From an uncultured bacterium (GTDB lineage Bacteria > Krumholzibacteriota > Krumholzibacteriia > LZORAL124-64-63): 64,000 bases of DNA. Both the position numbers and the translations under genes were made by a program. Where the stretch lies: assembly GCA_937864225.1 (NCBI GenBank), contig CALMJK010000005.1, forward strand, positions 456,212 to 520,211, read 5' to 3'. Shown here piece by piece: positions 17,101 through 26,614 of the stretch; within the stretch, counting starts at the first letter, position 1, and each line of letters starts with the position of its first letter. The notes below the pieces were generated by a model. It did not search any database. It saw only the letters and a program-made list of their open reading frames with translations, and was not told the origin of the DNA.

Positions 17101-18966
17101 ATCCTGTTCGACGGCGACGGGCGACTGCTGCTGGACGAGACGCTCAGCGACCTCGACGAGGTGGAGGCGGCACGACTGCTCGACACCGCGCGCGCGGCGC
17201 CGCTGGTGGTCATGGAGGCTGACAGGCAGCTTTACCTGGGCCTGATCGTTCCCGTGGACCTGTCGGACCTGATGCTCTCCCCGGCCGAGGCGCGCGCCGA
17301 CGAAGCGGCGGCCAGGGACCGCCAGGCCAACGGCTGGTTCTTCTATCGACAGCTGGTCGGCGACGCCTTGCTTGCCGGGCTGGCCGAGATCGTTCAGGGG
17401 GAAGTGGCCCTGAGCGAAGACGGCGAGATCGTGCTGGCCAGCCATCCGGAACGGGTGTTCGCCGGCGCGCAGCCGCCGCTCATGGCGCCGTCGACCGCGC
17501 GGCGCCTGTCGCGCTGGCCAGGCAGCCCAGACGTCGCGACGGCTCCCGGCACGCGGCTTTCGTTCACGGCCAGCCTGGCCCTGCCCGCGCTGGCGCTCGA
17601 CGAGGACGGCGGACTGCGCCGCCGGACCGTGCCGGCGGCGCTGTCGATCGCCTTCCCCGCGCGCGAGCGCGAGCTGTCGCAGCAGCGGGAAAGGACCGTG
17701 CTGTCCCTCGCCGGCCTGGCCACGCTCATCTTCCTGACCGCCGCCGCGCTCGGGCTGGCGCTGGCGTGGCGGATCTTCGGGCCGGTGCGCGTGCTGGTCA
17801 ACGCCACGCGCCGGCTGGCCGGCGGTGATTTCGCGGCTCCGCTGCCGGAAACGGGGCGCGACGAGGTGGGTCTGCTGTCGGCCTCCTTCCAAGCCATGCG
17901 CGACGACTTGGCGCGCGCGCAGGGCGAACTGGCCTCGCGCGAGCGCTTCCTCGCCACCGTCCTGGCGCGCGTGCCCGTGGGGGTCGTGGTCTTCCGCGCG
18001 GATGGGTCCGTGACCGTGCTCAATCCCGCGGCGGCGGACATTCTTGCGGCCGCGAGCGGCGAGGCGGCCGAGCCGCCGGAAGCCGCGGCCGTGGCGTTGC
18101 GCGAGGCGTTTCGGGCCCGGATCGCGGATCTCGCCGAAGGCGAGGCCGAGCTGCGCCGCGGGCACCGCACGCTGCGCGGCCGACTGGCCCCGCTGCGGGC
18201 GGAAGCCGGCGAGGGCGAACTGCTGCTCGTGTTCGAGGACGTGACGGAGTTCCTCGACACCAAGCGGCTGGCGCTCAACGCGGAGCTGGCGCGTCAGGTC
18301 GCGCACGAGATCAAGAACCCGCTGACGCCCATCCAGCTCTCCATCCAGTTCCTCGAGCAGGCGTTCCGCGACCGCGCGCCCGGCCTCGACGACGTTGTGC
18401 GCGACACGGTGCGCCAGGTGCTCGGGCAGGTCGCGCTCCTGCGGCAGATCGCGACCGAGTTCAGCCTGCTCGGCAAGCCAGGCGCGCTGCCGGTCGCGCC
18501 GCTCGAATTGCCCCGACTCGTCCGGCGGCTGACGGACCGCTACCGCAACGCGGGGGCTGCCGGCGGCCCGCGCGTGGACATCGCCCCGGACGCGGTGCCG
18601 GCGGTGCTGGCCGACGCGGAATCGCTGGAGAAGGTGCTGGCCAATCTGATGGAAAATTCGCTGCAGGCGGTCGGCGACCCGGCGCGGCTGGAGTTGACCG
18701 TGACCTGGGAGGTCACGCCGCGCGAGGTGACCCTGCAGTGGGCCGACAACGGCGGCGGCCTGCCGCCGGACGTGGCCGAGAGGCTGTTCGAGCTCTATTT
18801 TTCCACCAAGAGCCAGGGCACGGGTCTCGGTCTGGCCATCTGCCGCAGCCTGCTCGAACGGATGGGCGGGCGGATCGCGCTGTCCAATCGCCGCGACGGC
18901 GCGGGCGCGGTGGCGGCCGTCACGCTGCCCCGCGCCGCGCCTGAGACGTCATCGACAGGGGGTTGA
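14173..18966 (+). CDS. NtrY-like sensor histidine kinase, unusually long (1597 aa): ~1100-aa polytopic/extracytoplasmic N-terminus, HAMP, PAS, HisKA, HATPase_c
   Basis: H-box VAHEIKNPLTPIQLSIQFLE (NtrY signature), HAMP RRLAGGDFAAPLPETGRDEVGLL, N/G boxes LMENSLQAV…DNGGGLP…GTGLGLAI; start uncertain. Confidence 0.8.
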   Translation: MSRALASRAVPLVALLLQAGSVLVSAGTQRLPAPAWPVAAAAVALVAVAAVGWSWPAAPHRRRPALALLIAAQLALVALFWAARPERASDTTWVEARRRDLSARAVALEPIVERLGLALDGVAAAAGRTPGADAFDLVETLASEWTRDRQTAAVWPLAVVLWRDGERLAWSSRAQPLPPPGPDAVNAEGRGGRVAAGRDGWYWRRYHRLPGAAGGPAVLELQLWLAPQEGAAGAGQVTLAGAASPASRVEPGAVAEPLRLEGDARAGLMATLARPLPDPGDDGFARRLRLVLAEPARGMAAHAPAARRLVALLAVWAVALAAWGAAVAGTSGALAGAWAARLLCARVDLLRWAQPASGREISTVSPEGLSSLIDPAYFATPALGGLLASVADALATALLLAATAALLWRRTSARTAPASPAGRARRADFATAALWGLAAVAVLLATRWLALTLAESANPRLIGPRIPYRHLSFWALHLSLLAACASLVGLLHRGATRLGRGWGVALSVAVAVVAGGAAARGLDGVARVALLLASLLLCGGGALARKATPTARRLALLAPALVTVTWIYGSLAEAYRRAETAWLERKAAEIVAPQQEWLSFLLGDALAGMAAADAQSEGQIAAVSVASAELWRNWPAFDLWRRSTVRDLGLPCLVELIDGEGRGESFFASGFFRDFGYEVGERQPWVSLEPRGEQTPAGAEIRAQAERRRFPAGDEWILRGEIARANGSGWIRLELPMQSRRIATLLAGLEGAAAAGPGPAYQPRAEVDRGVLLVRGGARGWLDAGSGPFPDVAAERVIAARGAPGAPWTTVRAGETSYRCVWQPVPAARATEAGEGFLLGVEEPGFGDRLLDLSRLSLLHLLLAAVLVVPVLLGRLARRGRPLALGFQERFFAAYLVLGMLPLLLAGTFIDRLTVQGLAAAARAQARDGLEAALAQLQGLLGEQARALAGSEYIADLLASRMEGLRPVGPFEARQAILFDGDGRLLLDETLSDLDEVEAARLLDTARAAPLVVMEADRQLYLGLIVPVDLSDLMLSPAEARADEAAARDRQANGWFFYRQLVGDALLAGLAEIVQGEVALSEDGEIVLASHPERVFAGAQPPLMAPSTARRLSRWPGSPDVATAPGTRLSFTASLALPALALDEDGGLRRRTVPAALSIAFPARERELSQQRERTVLSLAGLATLIFLTAAALGLALAWRIFGPVRVLVNATRRLAGGDFAAPLPETGRDEVGLLSASFQAMRDDLARAQGELASRERFLATVLARVPVGVVVFRADGSVTVLNPAAADILAAASGEAAEPPEAAAVALREAFRARIADLAEGEAELRRGHRTLRGRLAPLRAEAGEGELLLVFEDVTEFLDTKRLALNAELARQVAHEIKNPLTPIQLSIQFLEQAFRDRAPGLDDVVRDTVRQVLGQVALLRQIATEFSLLGKPGALPVAPLELPRLVRRLTDRYRNAGAAGGPRVDIAPDAVPAVLADAESLEKVLANLMENSLQAVGDPARLELTVTWEVTPREVTLQWADNGGGLPPDVAERLFELYFSTKSQGTGLGLAICRSLLERMGGRIALSNRRDGAGAVAAVTLPRAAPETSSTGG

Positions 18967-19769
18967 AGCGCTTGCCCACGGAGGTCGCGAGGCTGGCGCG
19001 GCAGCCGCGGGGTTCGTCCCGGGCGCCGAGGCGAGCGGGCCCTGCGGCCCTGGTCCGCGGCGTCGCGGCCTGTCTGGCGCTGCTGTCGCTGTGGCCCGCG
19101 ATCGGGCTCGCCCAACGGACGGCGGAGCGGGGCGCCGTTTCGCCGCGCCTGGCGGCCCCGGCGGCGCCGCCGGAGCCGGAAGTGCGCGTGGCGCGCTGGC
19201 ATTATCCCGGCGGGGGCGACTGGTACGCCAATCCCAGTTCCTTGCCCAACTGGTTGCGGGAGTTCACGGCGCGCACGGGCATCCCGGCCGCGCGGGAAGA
19301 GGTGGTCGTCACCCTCGGCAGCGAGGATCTCTATCGTTATCCGCTGCTGTACGCGACGGGGCACGGCCGCATCGCGCTCGACGACCGGGAAACGGAGGCG
19401 TTGCGCCGGTGGCTGCAGGCCGGCGGAATGCTGTGGGTGGACGACAACTACGGTCTGGACCGCTCGTTCCGCGAGTTGGCGGCGCGGCTGTTCCCGGACA
19501 CGCCGCTGGCGCGGCTCGGATCCGACCATGCGATCTACCATGCCTACTACGACCTGCCCGGCTTGCCCAAGATCCACGAGCACGACGGGGAGCCGGCCCA
19601 AGGCTTCGGCGTGACGCGACAGGGACGGCTGCTCGTGCTCTACACCTGGTCCAGCGACATCGGCGACGGGCTCGAGGATCCCGACGTGCACGGCGATCCG
19701 GCGCTCGTGCGCGAGGCGGCCGCGCGCATGGCGGTCAACGTGCTCGTCTATGCCCTCACGCATCCCTAG
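18963..19769 (+). CDS. DUF4159-like domain protein (GATase1-like fold family)
   Basis: TTG start overlapping HK stop (TTGA); …WYANPSSLPNWLREF…YPLLYATGHGRIALDDRETEALRRWLQAGGMLWVDDNYG… typical of DUF4159. Confidence 0.7.
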   Translation: MKRLPTEVARLARQPRGSSRAPRRAGPAALVRGVAACLALLSLWPAIGLAQRTAERGAVSPRLAAPAAPPEPEVRVARWHYPGGGDWYANPSSLPNWLREFTARTGIPAAREEVVVTLGSEDLYRYPLLYATGHGRIALDDRETEALRRWLQAGGMLWVDDNYGLDRSFRELAARLFPDTPLARLGSDHAIYHAYYDLPGLPKIHEHDGEPAQGFGVTRQGRLLVLYTWSSDIGDGLEDPDVHGDPALVREAAARMAVNVLVYALTHP

Positions 19770-19788
19770 GCGGCGCGGAGGCCTGGCC

Positions 19789-22700
19789 ATGTCCGATGCC
19801 CTTTCGCGCGAACGCTTCGACCGGCGGCTGGGAAGCCTGCATGCCGCGGCGCGTCGCCGGGCGCTGCTGCGCGGCCTGCTGGCGACCGTCGCGATCGGCG
19901 CCGGCGCCTTCGGCGCGGCCGCGTGGGCGGTGGGGGGCGACACCGAACCGTCGGCGACCTGGCGCGTCTGGATGCTCGGCGGCGTCGCGCTGTTGACCGC
20001 GCGATCGCTGCACGCGCACTGGTGGCAGCCGCTGCGCGCGCTGCGCGACCGCGCGGCGCTCAGCCGCCTGCTCGACCACGACGGCGCGCTGCGCAACCTG
20101 ACCGTCGCGGCCGAGGAGGCCGGACGCCGGCCCGAACGCTGGGGCGCCGCGGCCGGCGTGCCCGCGGCGCTGCGGGAGCGCCTCTATGCCGGCGCGACGC
20201 AGGCGATCGCCGGCGTGCGCCTCGGCCGGCGGATGCCGCTGCGCGGAGTCTGGGCCGGCGTCGTCGGCGCCGCCGTGACGGCGGCGGCGTTGCTGCTGTT
20301 GGCCGCGGCGGCGCCGGAGCGCCTGTCCCGCGGCGCCGCGCGCTTGCTGCACCCTTGGCGCCCGGACGCGCCGCCGGCCGAGGTCGGGTTGTATCTGGTG
20401 CGCCCGGAGCTGTCCGTCGTGGCGGGGACCGACGCCGAGCTCGCAGCGCGGGATTTCGGGCGGCCGCGCAACGGCGTGATCTGCGAGGTGCGGGTCGGCG
20501 AAGGTTTGTGGCAGCCCCTGGCCGCCAGGCGGGAGCATCGCCCGTACGCTCCCTACGACCTGTGGATCGCGCGGCTGCCCGCCGCGCGCGAATCGTTCGC
20601 CTACCGTTTCCGGCGCGACGGCATGACGACCCCGGCGGGATGGGCGGACGTCGTCCACCCGCCGCTGCTCGCCGCGTGGGGAGGTCGCCTGAGCCCGCCA
20701 TCCTACACGCGGCTGCCGGCGCAGGCGCTGCCGCAGCTGCCGTCGCGGCTGCGGGCGCCCGAGGGCAGTCGTCTGGCCTGGGAGGGCTTCGCGCGCGGCC
20801 GCCTCGCTTGGGCGTCCGTCGTGCCGACCGCCGGCGACACCCTGCCGCTGCTGGTCCGGGGCGACACGCTGCGGGGCGAGGCGCGGCTTTGCGCCTCGCT
20901 GCAGTACACGGTGGCGTTGCGCGACGAGCGCGGTCTCGAGAACGCGCCGCGCGTGATCTACGCCGTCGACGTCGTGCCCGACGCGCCGCCGGTGGCCACG
21001 CTCGCGCGGGAGGGCGACGACGGTCGCCTCCCCGCCGAAGGCCCGGTGCGGCTGTCGGCGCAAGCCAGCGACGATTGGGGCGTTTCGCGGCTGAGCCTGC
21101 TGCTGCGGCGCGAAAGCGCCGGCGCGGTCGTGCCCGACTCGGCGCAGGCCGCGGTCGGCTGGAGCAGCCTGACGATCTGGCCGACGCCCGCGCGCGGCGG
21201 ACCCGCGTCGCCCGCGGACAGCCTGGACACCCCCTGGGGAACCGTCGCGGTGCGAGCGGAGGGACCGGCCGGACCGCTGTCGGCGGGACCGCTCGCCTTC
21301 GACCTCGCGCTCGACGTCGCGCGGCTCGATCTGCTGCCCGGGGACGCGCTGGCGGTCTGCGTCGAAGCGCTCGACAACCGGCAGCCCGGCCCGCCGGGGC
21401 GCGGCCGCTCGGCCGTCGTGCGCCTGGTGCTGCCTTCGGCGGCGGATCTGCTGGCCGAGCAGATGGGCGAGGGCGAAAAGCGCGCCGACGGCCTCGACCT
21501 GCTGCGCAGTCGCGGCGAGGACCTCGGGCAGCAGCTCGAGGAGCTCGCGCGCGAATTGAAAAAGGAGCCGACGCCCGCTTGGGAGAAGCGGCAGCAACTG
21601 CAGGCGGCGTTGGAGCAGCAGCGAGCGTTGCGCGAGGAGTTCCGGCGGGTCGCCGGCGAACTTCAGCGCGACATCGAGAGGATGGCGCGGGAGGACCTCG
21701 GTTCCGTCGCGCTGCTGGAGAAGATGCAGCAGGTCTCCGAACTGATCGAGCAGGTGGAGAGCCGAGAACTGGATCAGCTGCTCGCGCAGCTGAGGGAGCA
21801 GGCGCGCAGCCTCACGCCCGAAGAGGTGCGCGCCGCGATCGAGGCGGCGGCGCGTGACCGGCAAGAGTACGAGCAGCGGCTGGACCGCGCCATCGGATTG
21901 CTGCGCGAGCTGGTCCGCGAGCAACAGATGCAGGGATTGACCTCGGTCACGGAGCGGCTGCTGCGCGAACAGCAGACCCTGATCGACGCCGCCCGCGCCG
22001 ACAGCGCCGGGGCGCGCGCGTCGGCCCGCGACGAGGACCGCCAGACACAGGGGCAACGCCAGGCGGCTCTGGCCGACGAGGCCAGGAAGTTGGCCGAGCA
22101 AGTGCGCGAGGCGCTGGCGCGCCTGCGGGCGGAGCAGCAGGAGGGCGGCGCTCCCCGCAGCCCGGCGGCCGACGAAATGCGGCGCGCGCTGGAGGAGGCG
22201 GCGCGCCGGCTGGAGCAGGGCCGGCCCGATCGGCCGATGGACGAGGCGGCGAGGGACCTGCACGAGAAGACGCCGCCGGCCTCGCCGGTGGAGGCGCAGC
22301 AGCAGGCGCTGCGAGAGTTGGCGGCGCTGTACCACGTGCTGCTCAAGGGACAGTCCGGCATGCAGATGGCCATGGAGCAGCACGCCAAGCTGAGTCTGCG
22401 GCGGCTGGCCGCGGACTTGCTGGCGCTTTCGGCGCGCGAAGAAGAGATCGCCGGAAAGGTGCCGTCGGATCTGCGCGGCGTCGCGGCGGGAGATCTCACG
22501 CGAGGCCAGAACCGGATCCTCAAGGCGACGCTCGCCGTGCAGGAACGCCTGCAGGCGCTCGGCACCCAGTCGCCAGCCGTCTCGATGCGCTTGCTGCGCG
22601 ACCTGAGCAAGCTGGTCGACCACCTCGACGCGGCGGTGCGCGCGCTTGAGATCGGGATAGGGGCGCTCGCCGGACGGCAGGCGCGCGAGTGCCTGGGCGA

Positions 22701-23391
22701 TCTGAATCGGATGGTGATCGGACTGTTGACGGCGGCCCAGCAGTCGAGTTCAGGCGGCGGCAGCGGCATGCCGATGCCTGCCGCCAGCGAGCAATTGCAG
22801 CAGATGGCGCGCGAGCAGGCGGGATTGAATGGGCTCGCGGACCAGCTGTGGCGCCAACTGCGCCAGCGGGGGCTGAGCGAGGAAACGCGCGCCGGCATGC
22901 GCCGGCTGCAGAGCGAGCAAGGGGGACTGGCGGGTCGCCTCGCCGAGCTGGACCGGCAAGCCGACGCCAAGGCGGACGGCGAGCGCATTCTGGGCGATCT
23001 GCGAGAACTGGCCCGCGAGATGGAGCAGGTCGCGGAAGAGCTGGGCACGGGACGGCTCGACGAGGAGGTGCTCGTCCGCCAGGAGCGCATCCTGGGCCGC
23101 CTGCTCGATGCCCACAATTCGGTGCGCAAGAGGGATTTCGCGCAGCGACGCGCCAGCCGCAGCGCTCTGGAACCCTTCGCCCCGCAGAGCGGCGAGTCCG
23201 CGGCGGCGGACGGGGCCGGCCGGGACGACCCTTATCGCCGGCGCAGCGAATCGGTGGAGAAGGCGCCGCCGGACTATCGCGAACTCGTGCGCCGCTATTT
23301 CAGGGCGCTGGAGGCGTTGCGGCCGGACGCCGCGGGACAAGCGGCGCCGGCGCCGTCCGGGACGCCGCCCGGCGCGACGGGAGAGCCATGA
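19789..23391 (+). CDS. Large (1200 aa) membrane-anchored coiled-coil protein, DUF4175-like
   Basis: Three N-terminal TM helices, long E/R/Q/L/A coiled-coil C-terminal half, C-terminal PDYRELVRRYFRALE; ATG 19789 (in frame with track 19750). Confidence 0.75.
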   Translation: MSDALSRERFDRRLGSLHAAARRRALLRGLLATVAIGAGAFGAAAWAVGGDTEPSATWRVWMLGGVALLTARSLHAHWWQPLRALRDRAALSRLLDHDGALRNLTVAAEEAGRRPERWGAAAGVPAALRERLYAGATQAIAGVRLGRRMPLRGVWAGVVGAAVTAAALLLLAAAAPERLSRGAARLLHPWRPDAPPAEVGLYLVRPELSVVAGTDAELAARDFGRPRNGVICEVRVGEGLWQPLAARREHRPYAPYDLWIARLPAARESFAYRFRRDGMTTPAGWADVVHPPLLAAWGGRLSPPSYTRLPAQALPQLPSRLRAPEGSRLAWEGFARGRLAWASVVPTAGDTLPLLVRGDTLRGEARLCASLQYTVALRDERGLENAPRVIYAVDVVPDAPPVATLAREGDDGRLPAEGPVRLSAQASDDWGVSRLSLLLRRESAGAVVPDSAQAAVGWSSLTIWPTPARGGPASPADSLDTPWGTVAVRAEGPAGPLSAGPLAFDLALDVARLDLLPGDALAVCVEALDNRQPGPPGRGRSAVVRLVLPSAADLLAEQMGEGEKRADGLDLLRSRGEDLGQQLEELARELKKEPTPAWEKRQQLQAALEQQRALREEFRRVAGELQRDIERMAREDLGSVALLEKMQQVSELIEQVESRELDQLLAQLREQARSLTPEEVRAAIEAAARDRQEYEQRLDRAIGLLRELVREQQMQGLTSVTERLLREQQTLIDAARADSAGARASARDEDRQTQGQRQAALADEARKLAEQVREALARLRAEQQEGGAPRSPAADEMRRALEEAARRLEQGRPDRPMDEAARDLHEKTPPASPVEAQQQALRELAALYHVLLKGQSGMQMAMEQHAKLSLRRLAADLLALSAREEEIAGKVPSDLRGVAAGDLTRGQNRILKATLAVQERLQALGTQSPAVSMRLLRDLSKLVDHLDAAVRALEIGIGALAGRQARECLGDLNRMVIGLLTAAQQSSSGGGSGMPMPAASEQLQQMAREQAGLNGLADQLWRQLRQRGLSEETRAGMRRLQSEQGGLAGRLAELDRQADAKADGERILGDLRELAREMEQVAEELGTGRLDEEVLVRQERILGRLLDAHNSVRKRDFAQRRASRSALEPFAPQSGESAAADGAGRDDPYRRRSESVEKAPPDYRELVRRYFRALEALRPDAAGQAAPAPSGTPPGATGEP

Positions 23392-25319
23392 ACGCCCCGC
23401 GTGGACACGCGGCCTTCCTGTGCGTCTGCCTGATGGCGATCGCGCCGGCGGCGGCGCCCGCGCGCCCGGACGAGCGGCAAACAGTGCCGGCCTTCATGCC
23501 GCGTCTGGATTGGCAGATGAGGCTGTCCGAGGTGGACAAGCTGCTCGCCCTGGGCAACGTGGCGCGAGCGGAGCAACTCCTGAAGGGGCTCGAGGCGGGG
23601 CCGGCGCCCCGCCGCGACCTGGCGACGCGCTGGCTCGCCGTCGCGCAGCGGCGGGGCGATCACGCGACCGCGGTGACGCTCTGCCGCGAAATCCTGGCGG
23701 GGCAGCCGCGCAATCCGCGCTTCCTGCGCGAGCTGGCGCGCTCGTCGATGGCCCTGGGCGACCTGCCGGCGGCGCGCGCGGCCGTCGACAGCTTCGTGGC
23801 CGTCAGCCCGGATCCCCACAGCGGCGCGCTGATCGCGACCGACCTGTGGCAGCGCGCGGGCCGGCACGAGGAGGCGCTCGCCCTCATCGACGCCCAACGG
23901 CGAGCGCGAGCGGACCCGCGGGTGTACGCGCGCCAGAGAGGCGCGAGCCTCATCGCGCTGGAACGCCTGGCGGAAGGGGCCGCCGAACTGGTGGCGGAAG
24001 GGGCCGCGAACCTCGTGAACCTGCCGCTGCTGCGCGCCGAACTGCTCGAGATGAGCGGGGACGCCGCCACGGCGGTCCGACTGGCGCGTTGCTTCGCCGT
24101 CCACGCCAACGACGTCGGCGACGGCGGCACGGCCGCGGCGGTGCTGGCGGCCAGCCTGGAGTTGCGCGCGGCGCGGGCGGCCGAAGCGTTGGCGGTGGTG
24201 GAGCCGCTCCACGGCGAGCGCAACCGGGCGGCGATCCTGCTGCAACTGGCCTCGGTGCTCGTGCGCGAGGCGCCGCTTGGCGAGGACCGCCCGGCGCGAA
24301 CGGCCACGACCGAGTTCCTGCTCACGGCGCTGGAAAGGCTAGGCGCGCCCGGCGTGCTCGACTCCGGGTTCCGGATCCGCGCCCTCGGCCTGCTCGCGCA
24401 GACGGCGGAGGACGCGCTGCGCGATGGAGTGCTGGCCGCCGCCCCGGAGGACGCGGAGCGCCGCCTGGCGCGGGTGCTCGACCTGGTGCGGCAAGGCAGT
24501 CCGGGCTCGGCGCACCTCTACGCGGCGCAGATCCTGCTGGCCCATCACACGCGCGACGTGCTGAGGCGGCCGGCCGAGGCGGCCGCGCGCCTGGAGCGCC
24601 TGCTCACCGATCTCGACCTGCCGCTGGAGGGGGTGACGCTGGCGCGCCTGGCGCTGGGAGAGTGCTACCTGGCGGCCGGGGACACGGCGCGGGGACGCCT
24701 CGTGCTGACGCGGCTGGCGCGCGGCGCCCCGGGTCCGCACCGCGCCGCGGCCGGGCAGGCCAACTGGGCCCTGGCCCGCCTCGATCTGGCCCAGGGGCAC
24801 TTCGCAACGGCGCGCGATCGCCTCGCCGCCGTGGCGCTCGACAACCCGCTGGCGGACTACGCCAACGATGCCCTGGAACTGGGTCTGGTCGTGGCCGAGG
24901 AGCTCGAGAGCGCGGCGAGAGGCCAGGAGCGGCTCGCGCTGTACGCGCAGAGCGTTCGTCACCAGCTCGGCGCGGCTGCCGATTCCCAGCTCGTGGCCCT
25001 CGAGCACTTCGTGGCGGCGGTCGGCGCCGACACGGCGCAGGCGCGGCCCCCGCATCTGCTCGAGAGGGGACGGCTCGAATTGGCTCGCCTGTACCGCGAC
25101 CGGGGCAACGCGCAGGGCGCGCTGACGCAGTGCGACCGCATCATCCTCGACCATCCGGACGGACGCCACCCGGCGGACGCCCTGGTGCTCAAGGGCGAGA
25201 TCGCCATGGCCGGCGGAAATCCCGCGGCGGCCCGCGAGGCCTGGGAAAGGCTGCTGCTGCAATACCCGGACTGGCTGTTCGCAGACGATGTCCGGGACCG
25301 CATGCGGAGCCTGCCGTGA
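23388..25319 (+). CDS. Secreted tetratricopeptide-repeat protein
   Basis: ATG overlaps upstream stop (ATGA); signal peptide MNAPRGHAAFLCVCLMAIAPAAAPA; repeated A/L-rich TPR-like helices. Confidence 0.8.
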   Translation: MNAPRGHAAFLCVCLMAIAPAAAPARPDERQTVPAFMPRLDWQMRLSEVDKLLALGNVARAEQLLKGLEAGPAPRRDLATRWLAVAQRRGDHATAVTLCREILAGQPRNPRFLRELARSSMALGDLPAARAAVDSFVAVSPDPHSGALIATDLWQRAGRHEEALALIDAQRRARADPRVYARQRGASLIALERLAEGAAELVAEGAANLVNLPLLRAELLEMSGDAATAVRLARCFAVHANDVGDGGTAAAVLAASLELRAARAAEALAVVEPLHGERNRAAILLQLASVLVREAPLGEDRPARTATTEFLLTALERLGAPGVLDSGFRIRALGLLAQTAEDALRDGVLAAAPEDAERRLARVLDLVRQGSPGSAHLYAAQILLAHHTRDVLRRPAEAAARLERLLTDLDLPLEGVTLARLALGECYLAAGDTARGRLVLTRLARGAPGPHRAAAGQANWALARLDLAQGHFATARDRLAAVALDNPLADYANDALELGLVVAEELESAARGQERLALYAQSVRHQLGAAADSQLVALEHFVAAVGADTAQARPPHLLERGRLELARLYRDRGNAQGALTQCDRIILDHPDGRHPADALVLKGEIAMAGGNPAAAREAWERLLLQYPDWLFADDVRDRMRSLP

Positions 25320-25345
25320 GGGGCCGCCGGCGCGACCGGGCCGGG

Positions 25346-26593
25346 ATGTCGGTCCTGCTGCTGGCCATTCTGCTCGGCGCGGCGCCGGCGGCGGCCGAGG
25401 ACTGGCTGCTGATCCCGATGGACCTCGCCCAGACGAATCACCTGCGCGCCTACGGCCATGCCTTCCACTCGCTCCAAGCCGGCGAGAACGTGAGCTGGCT
25501 GCTCAATTACCGCGGCGGGAGCTTTCTCATGCGCGCCACCGCCCGGGCCCGGCTCGACGCGCGGCTGTTGGGGGTCGCGTGCGAGGAGTTGGGCGATGCG
25601 GCCGCCGCCGCCGTCCGGACGCTGGTCGCGACGGAGAACATGGAGGACGTGCTGCTGGAGAAGGCCCCGCGCATCGCGGTGTACACGCCTCCCTACGCGC
25701 AACCCTGGGACGACGCGGTCATGCTGGCGCTCGACTACGCGGACATCCCATACGACGTGGTGTACGACCGCGAGGTGCTGGTGGATCGGCTGCGCGAATA
25801 CGACTGGCTGCACCTGCACCACGAGGATTTCACCGGCCAGTCCGGCAAGTTCTATTCCCTGCAACTCGAGCCGTGGTACCTGGAGCAGAAGGAGTTCAAC
25901 GAGAACCTCGCGCGCGAGCTCGGCTTCGACGGCGTGTGGCGGCTCAAGCACGCCGTGGCCCTGAAGATCGCGCAGTACGTCGAGGAGGGCGGTTTCCTGT
26001 TCGCGATGTGCTCGGCGACCGACACGATCGACATCGCTCTTGCCTTCCTGGGCGTAGACATCGTGCCGTCCGAGTACGACGGCGATCCCCTCGACGCGCT
26101 CCACGAGGACAAGCGGGACGACGCGCGGGCCTTCGCCTTCACGGGTTTCTCGCTCGTGACCGACCCGTTGGTGTACGAATACTCCAACATCGACACGAGC
26201 GATTATGCACAGCTGCGCGGCCCGGAGGCCGACTACTTCACCCTGTTCTCCTTTTCGGCCAAGATCGATCCCGTGCCGACGATGCTCGTGCAGGATCACG
26301 TCGCCGTCGTGAACGGATTCATGGGCCAGACCACCGGTTTCCGCCGGCCGCTGCTCAAGCGCGCCGTCACCATCCTGGCGCAGGTGGAGGGCACGGACGA
26401 GGTGCGTTACCTGCACGGCAAGCGCGGTCGCGGCACCTTCACCTTCCTGGGCGGGCACGATCCGGAGGATTATCAGCATGCCGTCGGCGACCCGCCGACG
26501 GACCTCGACCTGCACCCGACCTCCCCGGGCTACCGTCTCGTCCTGAACAACGTCCTGTTCCCGGCCGCCCGTAAGAAGCCCCAGAAAACGTGA
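25346..26593 (+). CDS. Secreted 415-aa protein, ThuA/GATase1-like family (often database-labelled 'asparagine synthetase B')
   Basis: Signal peptide MSVLLLAILLGAAPAAAEDW; …RIAVYTPPYAQPWDD…YDWLHLHHEDFTG…GGFLFAMCSATDTIDIA…; function call low-confidence. Confidence 0.75.
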   Translation: MSVLLLAILLGAAPAAAEDWLLIPMDLAQTNHLRAYGHAFHSLQAGENVSWLLNYRGGSFLMRATARARLDARLLGVACEELGDAAAAAVRTLVATENMEDVLLEKAPRIAVYTPPYAQPWDDAVMLALDYADIPYDVVYDREVLVDRLREYDWLHLHHEDFTGQSGKFYSLQLEPWYLEQKEFNENLARELGFDGVWRLKHAVALKIAQYVEEGGFLFAMCSATDTIDIALAFLGVDIVPSEYDGDPLDALHEDKRDDARAFAFTGFSLVTDPLVYEYSNIDTSDYAQLRGPEADYFTLFSFSAKIDPVPTMLVQDHVAVVNGFMGQTTGFRRPLLKRAVTILAQVEGTDEVRYLHGKRGRGTFTFLGGHDPEDYQHAVGDPPTDLDLHPTSPGYRLVLNNVLFPAARKKPQKT

Positions 26594-26614
26594 GACTTAA
26601 ATAGATACCAAAAA

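Noticed and set aside
14036-18306. Minus-strand ORFs of 475, 521 and 848 aa (14036..15463, 14083..15648, 15760..18306)
   Set aside because: Antisense to the NtrY-like kinase; P/R/A/G-rich junk composition, no motifs.
19756-22623. 955-aa minus-strand ORF
   Set aside because: Antisense to the DUF4175-like coiled-coil gene; R/Q/L/G low complexity mirroring the sense-strand coiled coil.
22689-23387. N-terminal 233 codons of track ORFs 22689..25319 and 23108..26593
   Set aside because: In-frame read-through of upstream overlapping genes; real starts are the ATGs followed by signal peptides at 23388 and 25346.
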